Origin: an uncultured Solirubrobacteraceae bacterium
Lineage (GTDB): Bacteria > Actinomycetota > Thermoleophilia > Solirubrobacterales > Solirubrobacteraceae
NCBI GenBank assembly: GCA_963848415.1
Contig: CAWKDN010000001.1
Location: forward strand, 1,360,049-1,392,048
Direction of reading: 5' to 3'
DNA length: 32,000 nt
The notes beneath the pieces are model-generated. The model worked only from the letters and a program-made list of their open reading frames with translations. It was not told the origin of the DNA and did not search any database. Position numbers and translations under genes: made by a program. Shown piece after piece: positions 7,686 to 15,293 of this stretch; within the stretch, counting starts at the first letter, position 1, and each line of letters starts with the position of its first letter.

Positions 7686-7715
7686 TCACGATAGCGCGCG
7701 ATATCCGTGATATCA
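7686..7715. promoter_or_regulatory. AT-rich island with three GATA(T/G)C motifs and an imperfect inverted repeat; candidate operator/promoter for divergent genes
   Basis: The sequence is tcacGATAGCgcgcGATATCcgtGATATCa. The motifs start at 7690, 7700 and 7709, about one helical turn apart. TCACGATA pairs imperfectly with TATCCGTGA. On the minus strand TATCGT ends 7 nt before ATG 7680, which is consistent with a leaderless transcript. Confidence 0.35.
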
Positions 7716-7805
7716 AGAGCCCGGCGGCGACGCCTCGTTTCCGCCCGGGATCGTCGGGTAGCCGGAACGCGAACGGACCGCGCGCACGACCCCAAGGAGC
7801 GACCA

Positions 7806-8489
7806 ATGCCTGCACTTCCCTTCCGCCGCACCCGCGGCGCCGCCGGCAAGGCCACCAAGCTGGCGGGCCGGCTCGCGATCGCCGACGCCGTCTGGGCGCT
7901 TGCCCGCGACCGCATCGCCACGCGGCTGCCGGGCGTCGAGCCGCGCCGGCGCGGCCCGCGGCTCGGGCTGCTCGCCGTGGGCGGCGCGGTCGCCGCGATC
8001 GGTGCCGCGGCGTTCGTCAAGCGCGACAAGATCGCCCGGCTCCTTCCCGGGCGCTCGGACGCCGGGACGCCCGAGCCCCCGCCGCCGCCCGGACCGTCGA
8101 ACTACGACGCCGGCGGCCCGGTCGCCAACACCGCGACCGCCGTCCCCGTCCCGCCGCCGGCGACGCCTGACCTGCCGGTCGACGAGCAGGCCGAGATCGA
8201 CGCCGCCGCGGCCGAGGCCGCCAACATCGGTGGGATCCCGACGTCCTACGCCGCGACGGATCCCGGGCTGACCGCCGGCGAGGCCGAGCGCCCGCTCGCC
8301 GAGTCCGGCGAGGGGGAGTCCGAGGGCTACGAGCAGGCCGAGGCCGAGCTCGTCGAGGAGGCGATCCTGCGCGACGCCGGCGCCGACCCGGCCGGCGTCC
8401 AGATCGACGCGGCCATCGACGCCCAGTCCAACCCGGCCGACGGCGAGACGCCCGAGCCCGTCCGGCCGACGGACGAGCCGAGGCCCTGA
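7806..8489 (+). CDS. Hypothetical single-pass membrane protein with a Pro-rich and acidic C-terminal region
   Basis: ATG 7806 is preceded by ccAAGGAGcgaccaATG. There is one hydrophobic segment (LGLLAVGGAVAAIGAAAF). After it comes PEPPPPPGPSNYD... and an acidic, low-complexity tail. I recognise no family. Confidence 0.55.
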   Translation: MPALPFRRTRGAAGKATKLAGRLAIADAVWALARDRIATRLPGVEPRRRGPRLGLLAVGGAVAAIGAAAFVKRDKIARLLPGRSDAGTPEPPPPPGPSNYDAGGPVANTATAVPVPPPATPDLPVDEQAEIDAAAAEAANIGGIPTSYAATDPGLTAGEAERPLAESGEGESEGYEQAEAELVEEAILRDAGADPAGVQIDAAIDAQSNPADGETPEPVRPTDEPRP

Positions 8490-8559
8490 TGAGTGATGCC
8501 ACGACCCCACGACCGTCTGGCGGTGCGGTCGCGGGATCGATCACCTAGCCGGCCCGCGC

Positions 8560-9526
8560 GTGCGGCTCGGCTTCGCGGTCAAGGTCCTGGGCGACGGCGG
8601 GCTTGCGTCGCACGACGCCCGGCGCTGGCGGTCGGCCCACACCCGCGCTACTCGCTCGACGCCCTCGAGCGCATCGTCGACTACCTCGAGCGCCCCGACA
8701 TCCGCATGTACCGGATGGTCGCGTCGCTCGCGCCCTACGCGACCCACCCAGACTTGCCGCAGTTCCACGGGCAGGTCGGCGAGTGCCAGGAACGCCTCGG
8801 CGCGCTCGGCGCCCGGCTGCGCGCGGGCGGCATCCGCCTGTCCAGCCACCCGAGCCATACGTGGTGCTCAACTCCGAGGACGCCGGCGTGCGGGCCGCGG
8901 CGGCGCGCGACCTGGAGGTCCAGGCGGCGCTGTTGGACGCCATGGGGCTGGGTCCCGAGGCCGTCGTCGTCCTGCACGTCGGCGGCGCGGCGGGCTCGCA
9001 CGCGGCCGGCCTGGAGCGCTTCGAGCGCGGCCTGGAGACGCTCTCCGACGCGGCGCGGGCCCGGCTGGTGATCGAGAACGACGACCGGTCCTACGGGCTC
9101 GGGCATGTGCTCGAGCTGCACCGCCGCACCGGCCTGCGGGTCGTGTGGGACATCCTGCACCACCACTGCCACGATCCCGACGGCGTCCCCGATCGCGAGG
9201 CGCTGGAGCGCGCGCTGGCCACCTGGCCCGCGGGCGTGCGACCGAAGATCCACTTCTCTTCCCCGAAGACCGCGATGGAGGAGAAGCGCGTGCGCAAGGG
9301 CCGCCGGGTCGAACGCCGGTGGATGCTCCCGCAGCTGCGCGCCCACGCCGACCTCATCGACCCGATCGCCTTCGAGGAGTTCCTGCGCCATACCGCCGCC
9401 GGACTGGACTTCGACGTCATGCTCGAGGCCAAGGCCAAGGACCTTGCGATGCTGCGCCTGCGCGAGCAGCTCGCCGGACCCGGTGTCGCGCTCGGGGGCG
9501 ACGCCGCGGCGCCGCTGGCCGCCTGA
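8560..9526 (+). pseudogene. uvdE: UV damage endonuclease (UvdE/UvsE) interrupted by two 1-nt deletions
   Basis: Homology runs through three frames. Frame of 8560: MRLGFAVKVLGDGGLASHDARRWRS. Frame of 8493: GPHPRYSLDALERIVDYLERPDIRMYRMVASLAPYATHPDLPQFHGQVGECQERLGALGARLRAGGIRLSSHPS. Frame of 8603: YVVLNSEDAGVRAAAARDLEVQAALLDAMGLGPEAVVVLHVGGAAG...LVIENDDRSYGL...WDILHHHCH...KIHFSSPK...DVMLEAKAKDLAMLRL. The junctions are at about 8631-8640 and 8855-8858. Confidence 0.8.
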
Positions 9527-9685
9527 GCCGCGAGTGGCAACCCCGCATCGAGGGAAGCCCGGACCTGACCGTCTGCCCGCCCGACCCACACCCCTTACCA
9601 GCCGGGGTTCCCGCCAGAGCTGGCCGCGGCACCGCGTCCCGCCGCGCAGCAGTGCCGCCCGGCCCGGCCGCCGCGGCGACCGGCA

Positions 9686-10516
9686 CTAGGCCGCCGCCAG
9701 GCTCCAGAGCTCGCCCCCGCCGGCCACGCGCCGGGCCTGCACCCGCCACTCGAGCGCCAGCCGCCAGAGCTCCCCGGCCGCCCGCGGACCGGGGAGCCGG
9801 CAGGCGGCCGCCACCTCGACGGTGGCCAGGCGGCCGGTCCGCCGCAGCGCGTCGCTCACCGAGGGCGGGGGATCGCCTGCCGCGGCGGCCCCCGCCGCCT
9901 CCGCCGCGCTGCGCCAGGCGTCGTAGCCCGCCCAGCCGTAGACGCCGTGGACCGCGCCGTCGGGGCTGAGGAACTCCACCGACGGCGTGCGAACGCGCCC
10001 GGTTGCGGGCTCGTGGTGGGCCTCGCCGACAGCCTGCGCGCGGTCGAGATCGGCCCCGAAGCGCTCGACGATGGCGTTGGAGCCGAAGTCGACCCGCAGC
10101 CGCTCGAGGTCAAGGCCGCCGGTCTCGCGCGCGGCGTCGAGCAGCGCGGCGGCGGTGTCCATCCGCCGCCCCTCGACCATGATCGCCTCGCGCAGGCGCC
10201 GCAGGTACGGGCCGGGGTCGCCCTGCTCGGAGGCCGCCGCCAGCGCCAGACCGGCGGGATGCGTCGAGGACGGCGGGTCGCGCAGGAAGACGCGCGGATC
10301 GACCGGCATGCCGCTCGCCGCCGATGCGTCGAGCGCCGCCAGCGCCAGCCGCTCGGGCCGCTCGATCCTGCGCGCGAGGCCGACGATCACGAAGGTGAGG
10401 CGCACCCCGGCGCCGAAGTCCGTCTCCAGCCGCCGCAGGTGCGGCTCGGCCGCCCACGAGACCGGGCAGAACGGATCCGTGAAGTACGTGCAGTCGACCG
10501 CTCCCACATCGGCCAC
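9686..10516 (-). CDS. DsbA-like thioredoxin-fold protein with CPVS (CxxS) in place of CxxC
   Basis: The sequence is MADVGAVDCTYFTDPFCPVSWAAEPHLRRL.... It follows the DSBA-like pattern (F.DP.CPWCW) but has Ser at the second Cys position (codons at 10468-10457, tgc ccg gtc tcg). The start is GTG 10516, with an alternative GTG at 10507. The function of the C-terminal ~70 aa is unknown. Confidence 0.7.
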   Translation of the reverse strand: MADVGAVDCTYFTDPFCPVSWAAEPHLRRLETDFGAGVRLTFVIVGLARRIERPERLALAALDASAASGMPVDPRVFLRDPPSSTHPAGLALAAASEQGDPGPYLRRLREAIMVEGRRMDTAAALLDAARETGGLDLERLRVDFGSNAIVERFGADLDRAQAVGEAHHEPATGRVRTPSVEFLSPDGAVHGVYGWAGYDAWRSAAEAAGAAAAGDPPPSVSDALRRTGRLATVEVAAACRLPGPRAAGELWRLALEWRVQARRVAGGGELWSLAAA

Positions 10517-10533
10517 AATAAGACGCTGAGCCC

Positions 10534-12045
10534 ATGAGCACGCTCGTCGGCATCCAGCTCAACGGCCGCTATCGGCTGGACGCCCAGATCGGCGCCGGCG
10601 GGATGTCGACGGTCTATCGCGCCTTCGACAGCGTCCTCGAGCGCCGCGTGGCGATCAAGCTCATGCACCGGGAGATCGCCTCGGACTCAGACCAGCTCGA
10701 GCGCTTCCGCCGCGAGGCGCGAGCAGTGGCCCAGCTCTCCCACCCCCACATCGTCGGGGTGATCGACGCCGGCGAGGAGGACGGCCGCCCGTTCATCGTC
10801 TTCGAGTACGTCGAGGGCGAGACGCTCAAGGACCGCATCCGCCGCCACGGGCGGCTGCCGATCGACGAGGCGGTCGCCTACGCGATCGAGATCGCGCGCG
10901 CGCTCGGCTTCGCCCACGCGCGGCTGATCGTCCACCGCGACGTCAAGCCCCAGAACGTGCTCATCGACGAGGAGGGCTCGGCCAAGGTCACCGACTTCGG
11001 GATCGCGCGCTCGCTCGATCAGGCCGGGCTGACCGCCGACGGCCGCGTGCTGGGCACGACGGACTACGTCTCGCCCGAGCAGGCGCTCGGCCACGACGTC
11101 AACGGCCAGTCGGACATCTACTCGCTCGGCGTCGTGCTCTACGAGATGCTGATCGGCGACGTGCCCTTCCACGGCGAGACGCAGGTCTCGGTGGCGATGA
11201 AGCACGTGCGCGAGGAACTGCCCGACGTCCAGGCGCTGCGCCCGGAGGTGACGGCCAACCTCGCCTCGATCCTCGACCGCATGACCGACAAGGACCTCGG
11301 CCGCCGCTACCCGGACTGCGGCGGGCTCGTCGTCGACCTCGAGGACGCGCTGGCGATCGAGGCGGCACGCGCCGGGCACTCGACGGGCGAGGCGACGGCC
11401 GTGCTGCGCACGCTGCCGGACTCCACGCGCCGGCGGCTGCCCTTCCGCATGCGCCGCTCCGTGCCCGTGCTGCTGGTCGTCATCCTGCTGGCCGCCGCCG
11501 GTACGGGCGTCGCCTACCTGCTCAAGGAGGGCGTCGACCGCACCCAGCGCGGCACCGGCGTCGGCCGGGTCGACGCGCCGCCGCGGACGGAGACCATCTC
11601 GGTCGGCGCGAAGGCCGCCCAGGACTACGACCCGCTGGGCGACGACACCGAGCACGCCGGCGAGCGGGCGTTCGCGATCGACAAGGACCCCGGCACCCAG
11701 TGGACGACCGAGACCTACCGGGACGGAACGCTGACCAAGGCCGGCGTCGGCCTCTACGTCGACGCCAAGCCCGGCGCGGTCGTGCCCGCGATGGAGATCA
11801 CGACCCCGGAGACCGGCTGGAAGGCGACGATCTACGCCGCCCGCTCGGGGCCGCCGAAGCTCGTCCCGGCCGCCGGCTGGACCGAGGTCGGCGGCGGGAC
11901 CGTGCGGCGCGAGCGCCAGCGCTTCACGCTCGACACCGCCGGCCAGCGCTACCGCTACTTCCTGGTGTGGATCACCGCGTTGCCGCCGGAGAAGGACCGC
12001 GTCGAGATCACCGAGATCACGCTCTTCGAGCGCAAGCGGGTCTGA
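10534..12045 (+). CDS. Hanks-type Ser/Thr protein kinase, single TM, C-terminal discoidin/F5-F8-type-C-like ectodomain
   Basis: The kinase motifs are GAGGMSTVYRA, VAIK, HRDVKPQNVLI, DFGIA and SPEQ. The TM segment is VPVLLVVILLAAAGTGVAYLL. The ectodomain (about 11650-12042) reads AFAIDKDPGTQWTTETY...GVGLYVD...RYRYFLVWITAL...VEITEITLFE, which resembles galactose-binding-domain-like folds. Confidence 0.9.
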   Translation: MSTLVGIQLNGRYRLDAQIGAGGMSTVYRAFDSVLERRVAIKLMHREIASDSDQLERFRREARAVAQLSHPHIVGVIDAGEEDGRPFIVFEYVEGETLKDRIRRHGRLPIDEAVAYAIEIARALGFAHARLIVHRDVKPQNVLIDEEGSAKVTDFGIARSLDQAGLTADGRVLGTTDYVSPEQALGHDVNGQSDIYSLGVVLYEMLIGDVPFHGETQVSVAMKHVREELPDVQALRPEVTANLASILDRMTDKDLGRRYPDCGGLVVDLEDALAIEAARAGHSTGEATAVLRTLPDSTRRRLPFRMRRSVPVLLVVILLAAAGTGVAYLLKEGVDRTQRGTGVGRVDAPPRTETISVGAKAAQDYDPLGDDTEHAGERAFAIDKDPGTQWTTETYRDGTLTKAGVGLYVDAKPGAVVPAMEITTPETGWKATIYAARSGPPKLVPAAGWTEVGGGTVRRERQRFTLDTAGQRYRYFLVWITALPPEKDRVEITEITLFERKRV

Positions 12046-12171
12046 GCCCGCGGGCCGGCGCGAGACTCAGAACGGCGGGCGCCGGCGGACCCGTGCGAGG
12101 CTTCGCCGGCCGGTCGTGAACATTTCCAGCAGCGTCGGTTCACTCACCCTGCAGACGACCCCCCTGGCGCT

Positions 12172-12432
12172 GAGACGGGACCGATCGCCGCCGCCTACTC
12201 GCCCTCGAAGACGTTCCTCAACGCCGTCACGGTCCAGTACGCCAAGGAGCTGCTCGACACGAGCATCTTGATCAACGCGGCCTGTCCCGGGTTCGTCGCG
12301 ACCGACCTCAACGGCTTCCGCGGCGTCCGCACCCCGCAGCACGGCGCGGCGACCGCGATCCGGCTCGCCACCCTGCCCGACGACGGCCCGACCGGCGAGT
12401 TCTTCGACGACGCAGGGGTGGTGCCCTGGTAG
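12172..12432 (+). pseudogene. Remnant of a short-chain dehydrogenase/reductase (C-terminal ~85 aa only, no start codon, no Rossmann N-terminus)
   Basis: My translation is ...GPIAAAYSPSKTFLNAVTVQYAKELLDTSILINAACPGFVATDLNGFRGVRTPQHGAATAIRLATLPDDGPTGEFFDDAGVVPW*. It contains the SDR catalytic YxxxK and the N(A)xxPGxVxTD block. Upstream in-frame sequence (HFQQRRFTHPADDPPGAE) is not SDR-like. The frame has no canonical start upstream of the SDR motifs (the only one is an internal TTG about 55 codons before the stop), and the track lists no + ORF here. Confidence 0.65.
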
Positions 12433-12462
12433 CGCCCGACGTCGTGCCGGGGGCACCGACCG

Positions 12463-13452
12463 CTAGAAGCCGTGGCCGCCCCGCTCGGCCTCCCAGCGCT
12501 CGAGCGCCAGCGCCAGCAGGCGGTCGCACAACTCCGGGAAGCCCAGGCCGCTTGCCTCCCACAGCTTCGGGTACACGCTCGTCGCGGTGAAGCCGGGCAT
12601 GGTGTTGAGCTCGTTGACGAGCACCTGCTCGCCCTCGACGAAGAAGTCCACCCGGGCCAGCCCCGCGCAACCGGCGCGCACGAACGTCTCGCGCGCCAGC
12701 CGCCGGATCTCTGCGGTCACGGCATCCGACACGCGCGCCGGGACGACGAGCTCCATGCCGCCCGCGGCGTACTTGGCCTCGTAGTCGTACCAGTCGGCCC
12801 CCTGCAGCACGATCTCCCCCGGGACGGAGGCCTCGGGCTCGTCGTTGCCCAGCACCGAGCACTCGACCTCGATCCCGGCCGAGAAGGCCTCGACGATCAC
12901 GAGCCCGTCGTGGGAGAAGGCGGCCTCCAGAGACGGGCCGAGGTCGGCCTCCGACCATACCTTCGCGATCCCGACCGACGAGCCGAGCCGCGCGGGCTTG
13001 ACGAACAGCGGCGTGCCGAGCTGGGCCAGCCCCGCCCGCACCGCCGCGGGGGCCGCGCGCCACTCGGCCTCGCGCACGGCCGCATAATCCACCTGCGGGA
13101 CCTCGGCGGAGGAGAGCACCTCCTTGAAGACGATCTTGTCCATGCACAGCGCCGAGCCCAGCACGCCGGCGCCGACGTAGGGGACGTCGAGCAGCTCGAG
13201 CACGCCCTGCACCGTGCCGTCCTCGCCGAACGGCCCGTGCAGCACCGGGAAGACCGCGTCCGCGCCGAGCAACCCGCCGCCGGGCTGCAGCGCGAGCTCG
13301 GCGTCGTCGTGCCGCCAGGCCCCGGCGCGCGCGATCGTGACGCCGACGACGTCGTGCCCCGCCGCCCGCAGCCCGTCCGCCACCGCGGCGGAGGACCGCA
13401 GCGAGACGTCGTGCTCCGACGAGCGCCCGCCGCCCAGGACCACGACCCGCAC
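12463..13452 (-). CDS. ddl: D-alanine--D-alanine ligase
   Basis: The sequence is MRVVVLGGGRSSEHDVSLRSSAAVADGL...VFPVLHGPFGEDGTVQGVLELLDVPYVGAGVLGSALCMDKIVFKEVL...FVKPARLGSSVGI...VNELNTMPGFTATSVYPKLWEASG. The GTG start at 13452 lies 2 nt after the pknB stop. Confidence 0.92.
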   Translation of the reverse strand: MRVVVLGGGRSSEHDVSLRSSAAVADGLRAAGHDVVGVTIARAGAWRHDDAELALQPGGGLLGADAVFPVLHGPFGEDGTVQGVLELLDVPYVGAGVLGSALCMDKIVFKEVLSSAEVPQVDYAAVREAEWRAAPAAVRAGLAQLGTPLFVKPARLGSSVGIAKVWSEADLGPSLEAAFSHDGLVIVEAFSAGIEVECSVLGNDEPEASVPGEIVLQGADWYDYEAKYAAGGMELVVPARVSDAVTAEIRRLARETFVRAGCAGLARVDFFVEGEQVLVNELNTMPGFTATSVYPKLWEASGLGFPELCDRLLALALERWEAERGGHGF

Positions 13453-13454
13453 CG

Positions 13455-15284
13455 CTAGGGCTCCGGCGTCGGGTCGGGGTCGGGCGGCGTGTACTCGCCC
13501 ACCACGAGCGTCACGCGCGCGTCCGGCGCGACCTGGTCGCCGCCCGGCGGGTTCTGGCTGACCACGATGCCGTCCTCGTCCGGGGTGTCGACGGTCTGGG
13601 CGCGCTGGCGCGTGCGCAGGCCGGCCTCGTCCACCGCGTCGACCGCGTCGGCGACCGGCAGCCCCTCGACCTCGGGCACCTGCACCTCGGCCGGCGCCTG
13701 GGCGACGGTCAGCGCGACCGTCGAGCCCTGGGCCGCCTCGCTGCCCGCCGCCGGGTTCTGGCTGAGGACCGTGTTGGGCGCCTGGTCGGACGTCTGCTCC
13801 TGCAGGCTGAAGCGCAGCCCCGCCGCCTCGAGCTGGCTGGACGCGGCGTCAGCGTCCTCGCCGACGACGTCGGGCACGTCCACCTGCGTCGGCCCGGAGG
13901 AGACGGCCAGGGTCACGGTGCCCCCGACCGTCGCCTGCGAGCCCTCGGGCGGCGCGGCGGAGATCACGCGGCCGGCCTCGACGTCGTCGGAGGCCTGCTC
14001 GCGCGCGTCGACCGCGAAGCCGGCGTCCGCGAGGCGCCGCGTCGCCGAGCGCTGTGTCAGCCCCACCACCGCCGGCACCGTCGCGTCCCCCGGGCCGCTG
14101 GAGACGATCAGGGCGACGGTCGAGCCCTCGTCGGCCCGCTCGCCCGGGCTGGGGCGCTGGGTGGCGACGCGATCGCGCGGGACGTCGGCGTTGCGGACCG
14201 TCTCGATGTCGACCTCGAAGCCCTCGTTGCCCAGCCGCGTGGCGGCCACGCTGGAGGTCTGGTTGACGACGTTGGGCACCGTGACCTGGTCGGGGCGCAG
14301 CAGCAGGTAGGCGCCGACGCACAGCGCCAGGACGGCGAGCGCGAGCCCCACCCACAGCAGCCAGCGCCGGTTGCGGGCGTCGTCCTCCTCGAGCACCTCG
14401 AGCGCCGCCGGGTCGATGACCGGATAGCCGTCGGTGTCCAGCCGCGGACCCGGGTCGCCGCCATCGCGGGCGTCCTCGAGCGCGGCGATGAACTCGTCGG
14501 CGTCGACGAAGCGGCGGGCCGGGTCCTTGGCCATCGCGCGCAGCACGACCCCCTCGAGCGCCGGCGAGAGGCGCGCGTTGAGCCGTCCGGGCGGCAGGGG
14601 CGCCTCGGTCACCTGCCGCAGCGCGACCGAGACGGCGGAGTCGCCGTCGAACGGGACTCGCCCGGTCAGACACTCATAGAGGACGATCCCCGTCGAGTAG
14701 AGGTCTGTGCGCGGCGTGATCGCGTGGCCCTGGGCCTGCTCCGGGGAGAGGTACTGGGCCGTGCCGAGGATCGAGCCGGTCTCGGTCATGTCCGAGGCGC
14801 CCGCGCGGGCGATCCCGAAGTCGGTCACCTTGGCCACGTCCTCGTCGTCGACGAGGACGTTCTGGGGCTTGATGTCGCGGTGCACGATGCCGTGCCGGTG
14901 CGCGTAGCGCAGCGCGCGCAGCACCTGGATGACGAGGTCGATCGCGCGCTCGGGCTCGAGCGGGCCTTGGTCGCGGATGATCTGCTTGAGCGAGCGGCCC
15001 TCGATCAGCTCCATCGCGATGTAGGAGGTGCCGTCCCACTCGCCACGATCGAAGACGCCGACCACGTTCGGGTGCTGCAGCCGCGCGGCGGCGGACGCCT
15101 CGCGCCGGAAGCGCTCGACGAACTCGCCGTCCTCGGCGAAGCGCTGGTAGAGCAGCTTGAGCGCCACCTGGCGGCCGAGCTGCAGGTCCTCGGCCTGGTA
15201 GACGTCCGCCATCCCGCCCGAGCCGACCCGGCGCTCGATCCGGTAGCGCTCGTCGACGACCGTGTCGCGCGTGATGCCGGCCAC
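13455..15284 (-). CDS. pknB: PASTA-domain Ser/Thr protein kinase (PknB-type), four PASTA repeats
   Basis: The kinase motifs are GSGGMADVYQA, VALK, HRDIKPQNVLV, DFGIARA and SPEQA. The TM segment is WLLWVGLALAVLALCVGAYLLL. Four units of about 65 aa follow (V(T/D/Q)VP(N/A/D/E)VVG...A...L...GF/GL...VS(Q/S)..P..G), spanning about 13487-14282. Confidence 0.92.
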   Translation of the reverse strand: MAGITRDTVVDERYRIERRVGSGGMADVYQAEDLQLGRQVALKLLYQRFAEDGEFVERFRREASAAARLQHPNVVGVFDRGEWDGTSYIAMELIEGRSLKQIIRDQGPLEPERAIDLVIQVLRALRYAHRHGIVHRDIKPQNVLVDDEDVAKVTDFGIARAGASDMTETGSILGTAQYLSPEQAQGHAITPRTDLYSTGIVLYECLTGRVPFDGDSAVSVALRQVTEAPLPPGRLNARLSPALEGVVLRAMAKDPARRFVDADEFIAALEDARDGGDPGPRLDTDGYPVIDPAALEVLEEDDARNRRWLLWVGLALAVLALCVGAYLLLRPDQVTVPNVVNQTSSVAATRLGNEGFEVDIETVRNADVPRDRVATQRPSPGERADEGSTVALIVSSGPGDATVPAVVGLTQRSATRRLADAGFAVDAREQASDDVEAGRVISAAPPEGSQATVGGTVTLAVSSGPTQVDVPDVVGEDADAASSQLEAAGLRFSLQEQTSDQAPNTVLSQNPAAGSEAAQGSTVALTVAQAPAEVQVPEVEGLPVADAVDAVDEAGLRTRQRAQTVDTPDEDGIVVSQNPPGGDQVAPDARVTLVVGEYTPPDPDPTPEP

Positions 15285-15293
15285 CGCGAGGAC

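Noticed and set aside
8625-8865. Programmed ribosomal frameshifting as an explanation for the uvdE (-1, -1) breaks and the kinase (+1 x5) breaks.
   Set aside because: There are no slippery heptamers (X XXY YYZ), no rare or stop-codon +1 sites, and no consistent downstream stimulatory structures at the junctions. Multiple shifts per gene are unprecedented for recoding. Indel mutation or assembly error is far more parsimonious.
12088-12106. A near-identical 19/20-mer, GACCCGTGCGAGG(G)CTTCGC, present in two intergenic regions (12088-12106 and 31533-31552). The second copy forms a small gtgcga/tcgcac hairpin.
   Set aside because: A rough estimate for a 32-kb sequence of this base composition, both strands and one indel allowed, gives on the order of one or more such matches by chance. 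The first copy does not keep the hairpin. This is not enough to call a dispersed repeat family without a genome-wide count.
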